A stretch of DNA of 64,000 nucleotides, from contig JARVJU010000007.1 in NCBI GenBank assembly GCA_029775965.1, positions 10,695 through 74,694 of the forward strand, given 5' to 3'. The position numbers and the translations under genes are program-made. This document shows, piece by piece, positions 47,495-56,881 of the stretch (its first letter is position 1; each line of letters opens with the position of its first letter). This DNA comes from Nitrososphaeria archaeon. Lineage in GTDB: Archaea; Thermoproteota; Nitrososphaeria; Conexivisphaerales; DTJL01. The notes below the pieces were generated by a model that was given only the letters and a program-made list of their open reading frames with translations, was not told where the DNA came from and searched no databases.

Positions 47495-47848
47495 AAGGGA
47501 TCAATTAACTTAACCTGATCCTTTTGATCTTTTAGCCTATCTTACTCTATTAAGCAAGGACCGTTTACAGCATTTATTCTTTTACTTTATCCTAGGATTC
47601 AAAAGAGAAGTGTTTGTTAATCGATATATAAAGGATAGAAAAAATCATTTGATCATCATCATAACAATAATGATTGCCTATGTATAAGATGTAATATGCA
47701 TAATATGAATACATATGCTCTATGCTGTATATACAATGAAATTAAGAAGAGTTAGATTTGAGGGATTGTTGTGATTATGGAAGTTAAGTTAGGTTAACAG
47801 AGCCCTTAAGGGGTAAGATTTTATTGCCAGATATGTTTAACAGGCCTG

Positions 47849-49216
47849 ATGGATATAAAAATTTCAGGAAAGAGCTATTGCAATAGTGAAAGTAAACTAA
47901 TAGATGATATAACTTTCTTTCTTCAAAGATTTTTTTCTGCAGCAGATGCTTCGTATATGGTTAAAAGTAAAATAAAGTATGCACATGGAAATTTAAAAAT
48001 AGGCAAGTTAAGCTTCAATTTGAGAGACTACGGGAGGATCTTTGTTATCGGAGGTGGTAAGGCAACTCAGCTTATGGCGAAGGGGCTTGAGGAAGTACTG
48101 GGAGAAGATATCTTTGCAGGGATAGTCAACATCCCTTACTATGCACCTGAAACAGTAAGATGCAAAAAGATAGAGATGAACAGAGCTTCTCATCCTTTAC
48201 CTGATTCAAACGGAGTAAAAGGTGTTGAGAGGATGCTGAATATGATAAACAAACCAAGCGAAGATGATCTTATCATCTGCCTGATTTCTGGAGGTGGCTC
48301 TTCTCTGCTAGCCATGCCACATGACTTGATAACTCTAGATGAAAAGAGAGAGGTTACAGATGCCCTTTTGAAGTCCGGGGCGGATATCTCTGAGCTGAAC
48401 ATTGTAAGAAAGCATCTGTCAAAGGTAAAGGGAGGTAGGCTTGCAGAAATGCTTTATCCAGCTACAGTGCTAACATTGATAATATCTGATGTCACAGGGG
48501 ATAAGCTTGATGCAATAGCTTCCGGGCCGACTGTGCCTGATTCAAGCACATTTCTTGATGCCAAGAAGGTGATGGAGAAGTACTCTGTCTGGAGCAAGGC
48601 ACCTGAATCTGTAAAGAGGTTGATAGAAGCTGGAATAGAAGGAAGAGAGAAGGAGACTCCAAAGCCTGGAAGCTCAACTTTCTCAAGAGTGCATAACATA
48701 GTAATAGGAAATAACATGCTACCATGTAAGGCTGTAATTAAAGCCGCAAAGCAAAAGGGATACAATGCACTCCTGCTTACTACAAGAGCATCAGGTGAGG
48801 CAAGGACAATAGGCGAGTTTGTTTCTTCCATAATACTAGATACAAGGAATGTCGGGATACCTATGGAAAGACCAGCTGTTTTTGTAATTGGAGGTGAGAC
48901 AAGGGTTACTGTTACTGGAAGAGGTAAAGGAGGAAGAAATCAAGAAGTTGCACTTTCAGCCTCAATATCGATCAAAGGATATGATGGTATTGCTATAGCT
49001 TCTGTGGCGTCAGATGGTGTCGATGGCCCTACTGATGCAGCAGGGGCTGTAGCGCTTGGAAGCACTGTAATACGAGGTGAAGAAGCTGGTCTGGATGCAC
49101 AGGTATTCTTATTAAACAATGACTCCTATTCATTCTTTGAAAAGGTGGGTGGGCTTGTGATAACAGGCCCTACGGGAACAAATGTTAACGATGTGATCAT
49201 TGGGGTTTCACTGTAA
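47849..49216 (+). CDS. Glycerate 2-kinase (DUF4147 + MOFRL family)
   Basis: 455 aa. FVIGGGKA, CLISGGGSSL, and the C-terminal MOFRL block GGETRVTVTG.GKGGRNQE...DGVDGPTDAAGA. Confidence 0.8.
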   Translation: MDIKISGKSYCNSESKLIDDITFFLQRFFSAADASYMVKSKIKYAHGNLKIGKLSFNLRDYGRIFVIGGGKATQLMAKGLEEVLGEDIFAGIVNIPYYAPETVRCKKIEMNRASHPLPDSNGVKGVERMLNMINKPSEDDLIICLISGGGSSLLAMPHDLITLDEKREVTDALLKSGADISELNIVRKHLSKVKGGRLAEMLYPATVLTLIISDVTGDKLDAIASGPTVPDSSTFLDAKKVMEKYSVWSKAPESVKRLIEAGIEGREKETPKPGSSTFSRVHNIVIGNNMLPCKAVIKAAKQKGYNALLLTTRASGEARTIGEFVSSIILDTRNVGIPMERPAVFVIGGETRVTVTGRGKGGRNQEVALSASISIKGYDGIAIASVASDGVDGPTDAAGAVALGSTVIRGEEAGLDAQVFLLNNDSYSFFEKVGGLVITGPTGTNVNDVIIGVSL

Positions 49217-49241
49217 GAGGATGATAATTATTCACTATCAG

Positions 49242-49268
49242 CTGTTCTGTTAACTTAAGGTTGGTATA
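49242..49268 (+). repeat. Left arm of a 25-bp inverted repeat
   Basis: ctgttctgttaacttaaggttggtata. Its reverse complement matches 49645..49669 at 24 of 25 positions. Confidence 0.85.
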
Positions 49269-49644
49269 AAACTTATACGCGCCAGCTTCTTATCTTAGAT
49301 AATGCTTGCAGCCAAAGCAGCCAAACAAAATATCAAAGAACAAGGAGTGAACTACCCCGCCCTTGCGGACGGGGTCTTCTTGCGAGATTAGATAAACGTA
49401 ATATGTGGATGCCAGAGGCACGAGTAAATATTGCCCGATATGTGGATTGAATCTATATTTATACCTGAACGGGCAACGTCAACTCTGGTGTCCTAAATGC
49501 AAAATCTCTAAAGATAGAGATAAGATTGCTGCTCTGAATATAGTAAAAAGAGGGCTGAGGTTCAGCATTGCTGCACTGCAGTTGAAGCGATGAGGGGGAA
49601 CGATAATGACTCTAATCTCATAGTCGATCGCAAGAAGTTAACTC
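49269..49644 (+). mobile_element. Internally deleted IS200/IS605-family (tnpB) remnant, PATE/MITE-like
   Basis: It contains a GC-rich 22-nt hairpin (49354..49375), a 62-codon tnpB 3' fragment (49405..49593) and about 50 nt of 3' flank. The whole element sits between the two arms of the inverted repeat. Confidence 0.5.
49405..49593 (+). pseudogene. tnpB: tnpB 3'-terminal fragment (zinc finger + RuvC-III only)
   Basis: VDARGTSKYCPICG...WCPKCKISKDRDKIAALNI is the TnpB C-terminal TSxxCxxCG / CxxC / DRDxNAAxNI pattern. An in-frame stop lies immediately upstream (49399-49401). Confidence 0.65.
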
Positions 49645-49669
49645 TATACCAAACTTAAGTTAACAGAAC
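49645..49669 (+). repeat. Right arm of the 25-bp inverted repeat; overlaps the pyruvate kinase stop codon
   Basis: tataccaaacttaagttaacagaac. The last five pyk codons plus stop (R V L L T *) are encoded inside it. Confidence 0.85.
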
Positions 49670-51103
49670 CCTATCAGCTAATTCCATGGCAAAGATCAGC
49701 TCGCCCGTCTGGCCAGACAGGGAGACATCATCACAGACTATAACTATTCTATCACTGGGTCTCACGGGCCAATATTCCTTCAGTCCTTTTATGGAATCTG
49801 ACATGAGATCTGTTAAATTCCTTTTCTTTGTTATAACAGAGGGATATACCCCCCATACGATATTCAACTTTCTTGATTGTCTTTCGTCATTGGTAAAAGC
49901 CACTATGGGTGCCTTTGGTCTAAAACGGGATATCTTTGTTGCCATAGCTAGAGAATTTGTGAGTGAAAGAATGAACTTTGCTGAGATCCTCCTTGAGAGG
50001 ACATATGCAGCTTCGCTGAGAGAATCTTTCAGGTCTTCATGATAATCTCTTACATCTTCTCTTGCGATAATTTTCTCTTCGATTATTGTGGATACTTTAT
50101 GCAGTACCTGAACACATTCTACCGGGTATTTACCCACAGCAGTCTCTTCAGAGAGCATAAGAGCATCTGTACCATCAAGTATAGCATTAGCTATGTCTGA
50201 AACCTCTGCTCTAGTAGGTGTTGGATTGTTTACCATCGATTCAAGTATCTGGGTAGCTGTGATCACAGGCTTGCCAGCAGCCTTGCAATCAGAGATGATC
50301 ATCTTCTGAATGACTGGAACTCTTTCAATAGGGTTCTCTACACCCAGATCACCCCTGGCAACCATTACAGAATCTGATGCATCGATTATAGACTTCAGAT
50401 TCTCTACAGCCTCTCTTTTTTCTATCTTTGCTATTATTGCAGGTTCTTCTCCAGCTTTTTTAGTAAATCTTCTCACTTGTCTGATATCATCTGCTGTACG
50501 TACAAAAGATACTGCTACCAGGTCCACTCCTTTTTCTAACCCAAACCTCAAGAACTCTTCATCTTTTTCTGTGAAAGCTTTGAATCCATGTTTTAGCTTT
50601 GGGATGTTCACACCTTTGCCAGATAGCAATCTCCCTCCAGTACTGCATATGCATTTGATTCTGTTTTCCTCAGCCTCAAGCACTCTAAGCTTTATAGCTC
50701 CATCTGATAGATAGATGTCACTACCCTTCTCAACATATTTCCCAAGATTGGCGTAGCTTATCGGTATGTATCGCTGATCATTCTTCACTTCTTCTGCACC
50801 CTCTAAAAATACGGTATCTCCCCTCTTTATGTCTATAAACTCAGAAGGTAGTTTGCCAACTCTTATCTTTGGTCCAGGCAGATCCTGCATTATTGCAATC
50901 TGCTTTCCCAAGGATCTGGAAACCTTTCTTATCGTTGATATTACCCGTGCATGTCGCTCGAGTATACCATGGGAGAAGTTAAGTCTTGCACAATCCATAC
51001 CAGCCCTTACCAGTTTCTCTATCATCGGCTCTGATTCTGTTGATGGGCCTATTGTACACACTATCTTTGTCCTTCTTGGATTCCTTGATTCTATCTTTTC
51101 CAT
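49655..51103 (-). CDS. pyk: Pyruvate kinase
   Basis: 482 aa. RRTKIVCTIGPS, NFSHG, MVARGDLGVE, ATQILESM blocks. Confidence 0.9.
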   Translation of the reverse strand: MEKIESRNPRRTKIVCTIGPSTESEPMIEKLVRAGMDCARLNFSHGILERHARVISTIRKVSRSLGKQIAIMQDLPGPKIRVGKLPSEFIDIKRGDTVFLEGAEEVKNDQRYIPISYANLGKYVEKGSDIYLSDGAIKLRVLEAEENRIKCICSTGGRLLSGKGVNIPKLKHGFKAFTEKDEEFLRFGLEKGVDLVAVSFVRTADDIRQVRRFTKKAGEEPAIIAKIEKREAVENLKSIIDASDSVMVARGDLGVENPIERVPVIQKMIISDCKAAGKPVITATQILESMVNNPTPTRAEVSDIANAILDGTDALMLSEETAVGKYPVECVQVLHKVSTIIEEKIIAREDVRDYHEDLKDSLSEAAYVLSRRISAKFILSLTNSLAMATKISRFRPKAPIVAFTNDERQSRKLNIVWGVYPSVITKKRNLTDLMSDSIKGLKEYWPVRPSDRIVIVCDDVSLSGQTGELIFAMELADRVLLT

Positions 51104-51176
51104 CTATTGCTGGTGGGTTAAGAAGGGTGCATTTAACCATGCTAGGTGTTGCTGCATAATGCTATGCAAGGCTATG

Positions 51177-52397
51177 CTAAGGATAGCGCCACGTACCCTT
51201 AACCACCCATACAGGTTCATCAGGATTAAAGGATTCTTGCCCTTCCGCTCTGTGACTATCGAGTGTCTTTTCATCTATCTCCACACCCAGCCCTGCTTTC
51301 TTGGGTACTTCTGCGTAGCCTTTGACAACAGGAGTTGCATCTTTTATCAGCTCTCTTTTCCAGCTGGGGAAGCTATCATAGAATGATTCTTGGATGAGGA
51401 AATTTGGTATTGATGCATCTAGCTGCAAAGTAACTGCATTCTGAATAGGTCCAAATGCGTTGTGGAATGCCATCTGGACACCATATGCCTCAGCTATAGA
51501 GGCTACCTTTCTAGCCTGGGTTACCCCTCCTATATTGGTTATATCAGCCTGCAGATAGTCCACAATACCTTCTGACAAAAATTGCAGTGCATGCTCTTTG
51601 TTTATGATTCTTTCTCCTAAAGCAATTCTTAGATTTGTTGTAGCCCTATACTTTTTCAGCTGCTGTATACTTTCCGGATGAACAGGCTCTTCCATGAAGA
51701 GAGGATCAAGATCCATGAACTTTCTTGCTATAGCAATAGCAGAATCTGCGTTGAACCTGCCATGATGCTCTATGAGTATCTCCACCTTTCCTTCTGTTGC
51801 TTCCTTGACTGCTTTGGCCCTCTCGTAAGCAACCTGTAGCTTTGATGGTGTTATCGAATCGTAGCTGTTACCGAATGGATCGAACTTCAATGCGGTATAT
51901 CCTCTTTTCTGAAGCTCGATGGCTCGTTCGGCAAAATCTTCAGGTTGATTGCAATTCGAGTACCAACCGTTTGCATATACTCTTATCCTTTCCCTGAAGA
52001 GTCCTCCGTTAAGCTGATACAACGATGCCCCAAAATGCTTCCCTATTATATCCCAGCAGGCTATATCGAATGAGCTCAAAGCAGTAGTTGACTCGAATGA
52101 AAATGGTAAATAGAAATCATGCCTGTGCCATTCATGCCAGTTCCTTTCAACATCAAGCGGGTCTTTACCTGTATAAACTCTGGCCACTTCTTTTATGGAT
52201 TGAATAACAGGTTGCACCCTGAGGGTAGGAACAGCTTCTCCCCATCCCACCGTCCCGTCAGAGGTCGTCAGCTTTACAAGGATTGCATTGCCGGCCCACG
52301 TAGCCGCACCGGTTTCCTTCTCTCCCAGCTGGAACACATCTATATTTGATATTTTCAATGTCAGGATGCGAGATAATAGTTCGACATTAAAAAGCAT
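51177..52397 (-). CDS. Enolase-superfamily (mandelate racemase/muconate lactonizing) sugar-acid dehydratase, candidate gluconate/galactonate dehydratase
   Basis: 406 aa. N-terminal capping domain, KFDPFG, LFMEEP, LGERI and DITNIGG metal/acid-base blocks. Confidence 0.75.
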   Translation of the reverse strand: MLFNVELLSRILTLKISNIDVFQLGEKETGAATWAGNAILVKLTTSDGTVGWGEAVPTLRVQPVIQSIKEVARVYTGKDPLDVERNWHEWHRHDFYLPFSFESTTALSSFDIACWDIIGKHFGASLYQLNGGLFRERIRVYANGWYSNCNQPEDFAERAIELQKRGYTALKFDPFGNSYDSITPSKLQVAYERAKAVKEATEGKVEILIEHHGRFNADSAIAIARKFMDLDPLFMEEPVHPESIQQLKKYRATTNLRIALGERIINKEHALQFLSEGIVDYLQADITNIGGVTQARKVASIAEAYGVQMAFHNAFGPIQNAVTLQLDASIPNFLIQESFYDSFPSWKRELIKDATPVVKGYAEVPKKAGLGVEIDEKTLDSHRAEGQESFNPDEPVWVVKGTWRYP

Positions 52398-52452
52398 TAG
52401 CTATCTTTCAAAACTGTTAATTATCTGACAGGCCAATGCATGTGCTGAAGAA

Positions 52453-53763
52453 ATGATCACAGAAAGAAGAAACGCTGCTGCAGCAGGCTTAGAAGGTGCT
52501 GGTGATGAAATAAAGGAGGTAAAGGCCAGACAAGTATTGGACTCAAGGGGGAATCCGACTGTTGAGGTCGATGTCTGGACCAGGTCAGGTGCATTTGGAA
52601 GGGCCTCTGTCCCTTCTGGTGCCTCAACAGGAATTCATGAAGCTCTGGAATTAAGAGATAGAGGCAAAGAGTTCGGCGGACTTGGTGTCAGCAAGGCTGT
52701 GTCCAACGTGAACGAAAGAATAAGGCATGAAATAATAGGAATGAGTGTGCTCAGACAAAGAGATATAGATATGCTTATGGTTGAGATGGACGGTACACCT
52801 AATAAAAGAAGATTGGGTGCAAACGCAATCCTTGGTGTTTCGATGGCAGTAGCCAGAGCCGCGGCATCTTATACAAAGCAATCTCTGTATGCATACCTCG
52901 AAACTCAGCAGAGCAAAGAGCTCCCTCTGCCTATGATGAATATTATCAATGGCGGAAAGCATGCGGGAAATAACCTTGCCATACAAGAGTTCCTTGTAGA
53001 ACCTGTCTCAGCATCTGGTTATTCTGAAGCATTAAGAATGGGGGTAGAAATATACCATACTCTAAAAAATGTTCTCAAAGACAAGTATGGTCCCTCCGCT
53101 ATAAACGTGGGAGACGAAGGTGGATATGCACCACCGATCAGCAAGACAGAGGAAGCTCTAGACTGCATTATGACAGCCATAATCAAAACTGGCTATTCTG
53201 AATCGGATATTAAGCTAGGCATAGATGCGGCAGCCTCTAACTTTTATGCTAGCAATATGTATCAGCTTGATGGAAAGAGCTTATCTTCTTCTGAGCTTGA
53301 GGAGTTTTATTCTAGGCTTGCTGACATTTATCCAATAAAGACGATAGAAGACCCTTTTGATGAAGAATCATTCGAAGATTTTGCAAGTATAACAAAAAGA
53401 CTAGGAAGCAGAATAAAGATCATTGGAGATGATATATACGTTACAAACGTTGGCAGAATAAAAAAAGGTATAGATGAAAAATCATCTAATGCTTCACTGA
53501 TAAAGTTGAATCAGATAGGAACAGTAACAGAGACATTACAAGCTGTCAGGCTTACTAAAGAAGCAGGATGGATGGTAGTTGTATCACATCGCTCAGGCGA
53601 AACTGATGACCCCTTCATAGCCCATTTTGCAGTTGCTGTTGGAAGCACATTCATAAAGACAGGTGCTCCTGCTAGGGGTGAAAGAGTGTCAAAATACAAC
53701 GAGCTTCTGAGAATAGAAGAAGAGATGGGCAATACAGCAAGAATCGCAAAGATACCTGTATAA
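52453..53763 (+). CDS. eno: Enolase
   Basis: QVLDSRGNPTVEV, SGASTGIHEA, IKLNQIGTVTE, VSHRSGETDD. Confidence 0.95.
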   Translation: MITERRNAAAAGLEGAGDEIKEVKARQVLDSRGNPTVEVDVWTRSGAFGRASVPSGASTGIHEALELRDRGKEFGGLGVSKAVSNVNERIRHEIIGMSVLRQRDIDMLMVEMDGTPNKRRLGANAILGVSMAVARAAASYTKQSLYAYLETQQSKELPLPMMNIINGGKHAGNNLAIQEFLVEPVSASGYSEALRMGVEIYHTLKNVLKDKYGPSAINVGDEGGYAPPISKTEEALDCIMTAIIKTGYSESDIKLGIDAAASNFYASNMYQLDGKSLSSSELEEFYSRLADIYPIKTIEDPFDEESFEDFASITKRLGSRIKIIGDDIYVTNVGRIKKGIDEKSSNASLIKLNQIGTVTETLQAVRLTKEAGWMVVVSHRSGETDDPFIAHFAVAVGSTFIKTGAPARGERVSKYNELLRIEEEMGNTARIAKIPV

Positions 53764-53769
53764 CTGCAT

Positions 53770-54912
53770 TCAAGAATATATTTTATCCCACATCAGCTTT
53801 GCAAGCTTGCCACTATGCATAAATGTGTCCAGAAGCTCCCTTGCTTTTTCCCTTCTTTGCTGATGCAATTCTATAAATTTTGTCACTTTTTCTATCAGTA
53901 TCTCTTTCATCTCTCCGCTAAGCAACTTGCCAGCTACATAATCATCCCTTATCTTCTTAAGTCTTGCAGAACTCTCCTCAAAGAACATCTCTAGCCATAA
54001 GTAAGGAACATCGACGTCCGGATTTCCACCGAAGCGCCTGTGCTCTTCTATTGTTGCCTTCCCGCCTGTAAAGGCATTTTTCCATATCTTCTTTCTTATC
54101 TCGTTAGCTGTATCTGTCAAGTATATGGCTGTTTCAGGAGCTGAGGCACTCATCTTTCCAGCTATTCCAGTTAGAGGAGGAAGGAACTTGCTGTGAATTG
54201 CTGCAGCCTTTTTGTAACCAAGTGATTCTGCTATATCTCTTTGCAGCCTCCAGAACGGATCTTGATCTATAGCGCATGGTATAAGGCACCTGTTCTTTTC
54301 AAAAAGACTGGGCACTATCTGTATAGCAGGGTAAAACGAAAACCCTATATTTGTTTCACCAGTAAATCCGAAGACTGCTCTGACAACGCTGAAGTTTATC
54401 TTCCTAGCCACTTTGACTGCCAGCTTGTAAATATTTCCAATATATTCTGTGTCTTGAAATATAAATGTCTTTTCTGGGTCGAAGCCTGCGGCTATTATGT
54501 CCAGAATATTATCCTTTGCCCATTTGTTTGTCTCCTCAAGGCTTTCGTTCTTCTCTTCCAGATATTTTTCATCATCAGTCAGCTGAATGTAGGTATTTGC
54601 TCCGAACCTTTTTTGAAGCCAGCTTGTCATGTAGAACTGAATGGCATGCCCTATATGCATTGGGCCGCTAGGGCCTCTTCCCGTATAAAGAAAGAACTTG
54701 TTCCCTTTCTCAAAATCATTGAGAACCGCATCTAAATCCCTGTGAGAATAATAGATTCCTCTTTCTATTGAGTGATGCCTTTCCCCAGCTAAATAAAGCA
54801 GCCTTTCTTTTAGATCTGGGGTTATAGGCTGTGTACCAAAATCCTTGATCAGCTTATCGTAGTCGACTACACCAGAAACAGACCATGGAGTGACAGAATA
54901 GCCTTCGTCCAA
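53770..54912 (-). CDS. trpS: Tryptophan--tRNA ligase (archaeal/eukaryotic type)
   Basis: VTPWSVSG..DYDKLIKDFG N-terminus, GPSGPMHIGHAI (HIGH), KMSAS (KMSKS). TTG start. Confidence 0.85.
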   Translation of the reverse strand: MDEGYSVTPWSVSGVVDYDKLIKDFGTQPITPDLKERLLYLAGERHHSIERGIYYSHRDLDAVLNDFEKGNKFFLYTGRGPSGPMHIGHAIQFYMTSWLQKRFGANTYIQLTDDEKYLEEKNESLEETNKWAKDNILDIIAAGFDPEKTFIFQDTEYIGNIYKLAVKVARKINFSVVRAVFGFTGETNIGFSFYPAIQIVPSLFEKNRCLIPCAIDQDPFWRLQRDIAESLGYKKAAAIHSKFLPPLTGIAGKMSASAPETAIYLTDTANEIRKKIWKNAFTGGKATIEEHRRFGGNPDVDVPYLWLEMFFEESSARLKKIRDDYVAGKLLSGEMKEILIEKVTKFIELHQQRREKARELLDTFMHSGKLAKLMWDKIYS

Positions 54913-54973
54913 GCCAGCATCCTCGAAGCAGGGTGTGTAAAAGTGTATTATATTTGCGTTTGTTATCTTTGTG

Positions 54974-54989
54974 TTTAACTAGCGTTAAA
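54974..54989. promoter_or_regulatory. 16-bp perfect palindrome, candidate TetR operator
   Basis: TTTAAC-TAGC-GTTAAA in the trpS/tetR divergent intergenic region, just upstream of a TATA-like gattatata box about 30 nt before the tetR start. Confidence 0.35.
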
Positions 54990-55037
54990 TAGATTAAGAT
55001 ATGATTATATACCATAGTATGCAATGCCCTTCAGGAT

Positions 55038-55616
55038 TTGAGCTTCCAGCAGCTAGCAAGTGAAAAGATACTAGATGTTGCATCCAAACTCTTCGCACAG
55101 AAGGGCTATTCAAATGTTTCTGTTAGAGAGATATGTAAAGAAGCAGGGACTACGCCTCCTATGATATATTACTATTATGGAAGCAAAAGAGGGTTGTTTG
55201 ATGCTGTCAGGAGAGATAGAATATCCCTCAGAGAATTCGTGAAACAGCTGGCATCGAGTTTAACTATAAATGAAGCTAGAGAGTCTCTCTCCAAATTCGT
55301 AAAGATGTACCTGGATAATTTTCCTGAAGATGCTTTTGAGCTTGGGCTGTATATAGATGATAAAGAGCCACTGAGCAAAGAAAATACGAAAAGAATTCTG
55401 AATTATTTTACTCAGATTCATAAAATAGCTACCTCGATAATAACAAAGGGTGTTAAAAGTGGAGAATTTAACGAGAGCAATCCAGAAGTCTCTGCTGATT
55501 TGTTGATAGGCCTCTTAAATCATTTCGTATTCCGTAGAATACATTTTTCCAAAAACTTTGATACCAGCAAGACAGCTAGCTACATTACTGACTTCTTTCT
55601 AAGAGCAATGAGGTGA
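55038..55616 (+). CDS. TetR/AcrR family transcriptional regulator
   Basis: The N-terminal HTH ASKLFAQKGYSNVSVREICKEAGTTPPMIYYYYGSKRGLF is a textbook TetR signature. Confidence 0.85.
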   Translation: MSFQQLASEKILDVASKLFAQKGYSNVSVREICKEAGTTPPMIYYYYGSKRGLFDAVRRDRISLREFVKQLASSLTINEARESLSKFVKMYLDNFPEDAFELGLYIDDKEPLSKENTKRILNYFTQIHKIATSIITKGVKSGEFNESNPEVSADLLIGLLNHFVFRRIHFSKNFDTSKTASYITDFFLRAMR

Positions 55617-55621
55617 AATGA

Positions 55622-56881
55622 ATGAGCAAAGGCCAAGTTCGTCAGAGATATGCTACAGACCTTTTTTTAATCGGTACGTCATTTAAGACGTCTCCTTTAC
55701 ATATAAGAGAAGAGCTGCTAAGGCAGATCTATTTTCATGGCATAGATATTAGCAGCAGAGCACATATTAATGAATATGCCATACTGCAAACATGCAATAG
55801 GATAGAAGTATATGCAGCTACTGACGACATTGATTCTGCTGTAAAATGGATGCAAGAATCTTTCTTGAATGGTTTTAATAAAGAATATTTCTATATAAAG
55901 ACAGGAGTAGATGCTATAGAGCATCTTTACATGGTAGCTTCTGGCCTTGATTCGATGCTGCTGGGCGAAGATCAGATTCTCGAGCAGGTAAGAAGAGCTG
56001 GCATCGATTCAAGAAGGCAGGGGATGGCAAAGGGGATACTTTCAACCTTGTTTGATACTGCAGTGTCAACAGGAAAGAAGGTAAGAAGTATTATTCCTAA
56101 GAACGATGATAACAGATCGATAGGCTCTTTTGCAATACGATTCGTTAAAGAAAAGACAAATTTGGATAAAGATTCCAGAATTTTGCTTATAGGAACAGGA
56201 AAGACAATTCTCCTAGCAAGTAGAGAGCTTCCTGTAGATCCTTCACATATCTACTTGGCCACAAAGAGAAGCAACACTCCCAAAGGGTTGGAGGGGGCTC
56301 TTGTGATACCATACTCAAAGATACCTCAAGCTGCAGATGATAGTGACCTTATAGTTTCTGCAACTAACAGCTTTGAGTTCGTGCTAAGGAAGGAGTTCTT
56401 CTCCACTAAAAGGAAGAGACTGATTATAGACCTTGCAGTACCAAGAAACGTTGACCCAAGGGTGAAAGAAGTGGAAGGTATAGAGCTCTATACACTGGAT
56501 GACCTGAGCGAAAGATTCAATGATATGTCAAGAATCACACCTGAAGAAAGACAGAAGGCTCGGATGCTTGCTAGAGAAGAAGCAGAAAGATTCAGGCGCT
56601 GGCTTATCGCTTCTAGATTGAGCCCTACACTGTCCGAGCTTTACAAATGGGCTGAGGAATTGAGAGAGCAGGAAATGCACAGGGTAAAGAGCAGACTGTA
56701 TAATGATTCAGAAATAAAATTGATTGAAGTAATGAGTAAGAGGCTGCTCAGCAGGTTATTGTATCCGCCTACGGAATATGTGAAATCTGCAAAAGACCAG
56801 GGTCAAGAGTTGAGGAGGCTGGAGACTGTAGCTAAGGTGTTTGGACTGACGAACAATGCAGAAGATAAGGATAGGAACTAG
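55622..56881 (+). CDS. hemA: Glutamyl-tRNA reductase
   Basis: LQTCNRIEVY catalytic Cys block, GLDSMLLGEDQIL, Rossmann LIGTGK. Confidence 0.9.
   Translation: MSKGQVRQRYATDLFLIGTSFKTSPLHIREELLRQIYFHGIDISSRAHINEYAILQTCNRIEVYAATDDIDSAVKWMQESFLNGFNKEYFYIKTGVDAIEHLYMVASGLDSMLLGEDQILEQVRRAGIDSRRQGMAKGILSTLFDTAVSTGKKVRSIIPKNDDNRSIGSFAIRFVKEKTNLDKDSRILLIGTGKTILLASRELPVDPSHIYLATKRSNTPKGLEGALVIPYSKIPQAADDSDLIVSATNSFEFVLRKEFFSTKRKRLIIDLAVPRNVDPRVKEVEGIELYTLDDLSERFNDMSRITPEERQKARMLAREEAERFRRWLIASRLSPTLSELYKWAEELREQEMHRVKSRLYNDSEIKLIEVMSKRLLSRLLYPPTEYVKSAKDQGQELRRLETVAKVFGLTNNAEDKDRN

Noticed and set aside
47495-47848. 350-bp AT-rich spacer examined for CRISPR repeats, small-RNA boxes and promoters
   Set aside because: There are no regularly spaced repeats. 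Only short AT-rich palindromes occur (ATATGCAT-type), as expected from composition. The one element kept is the inverted-repeat-core-like motif, reported separately.
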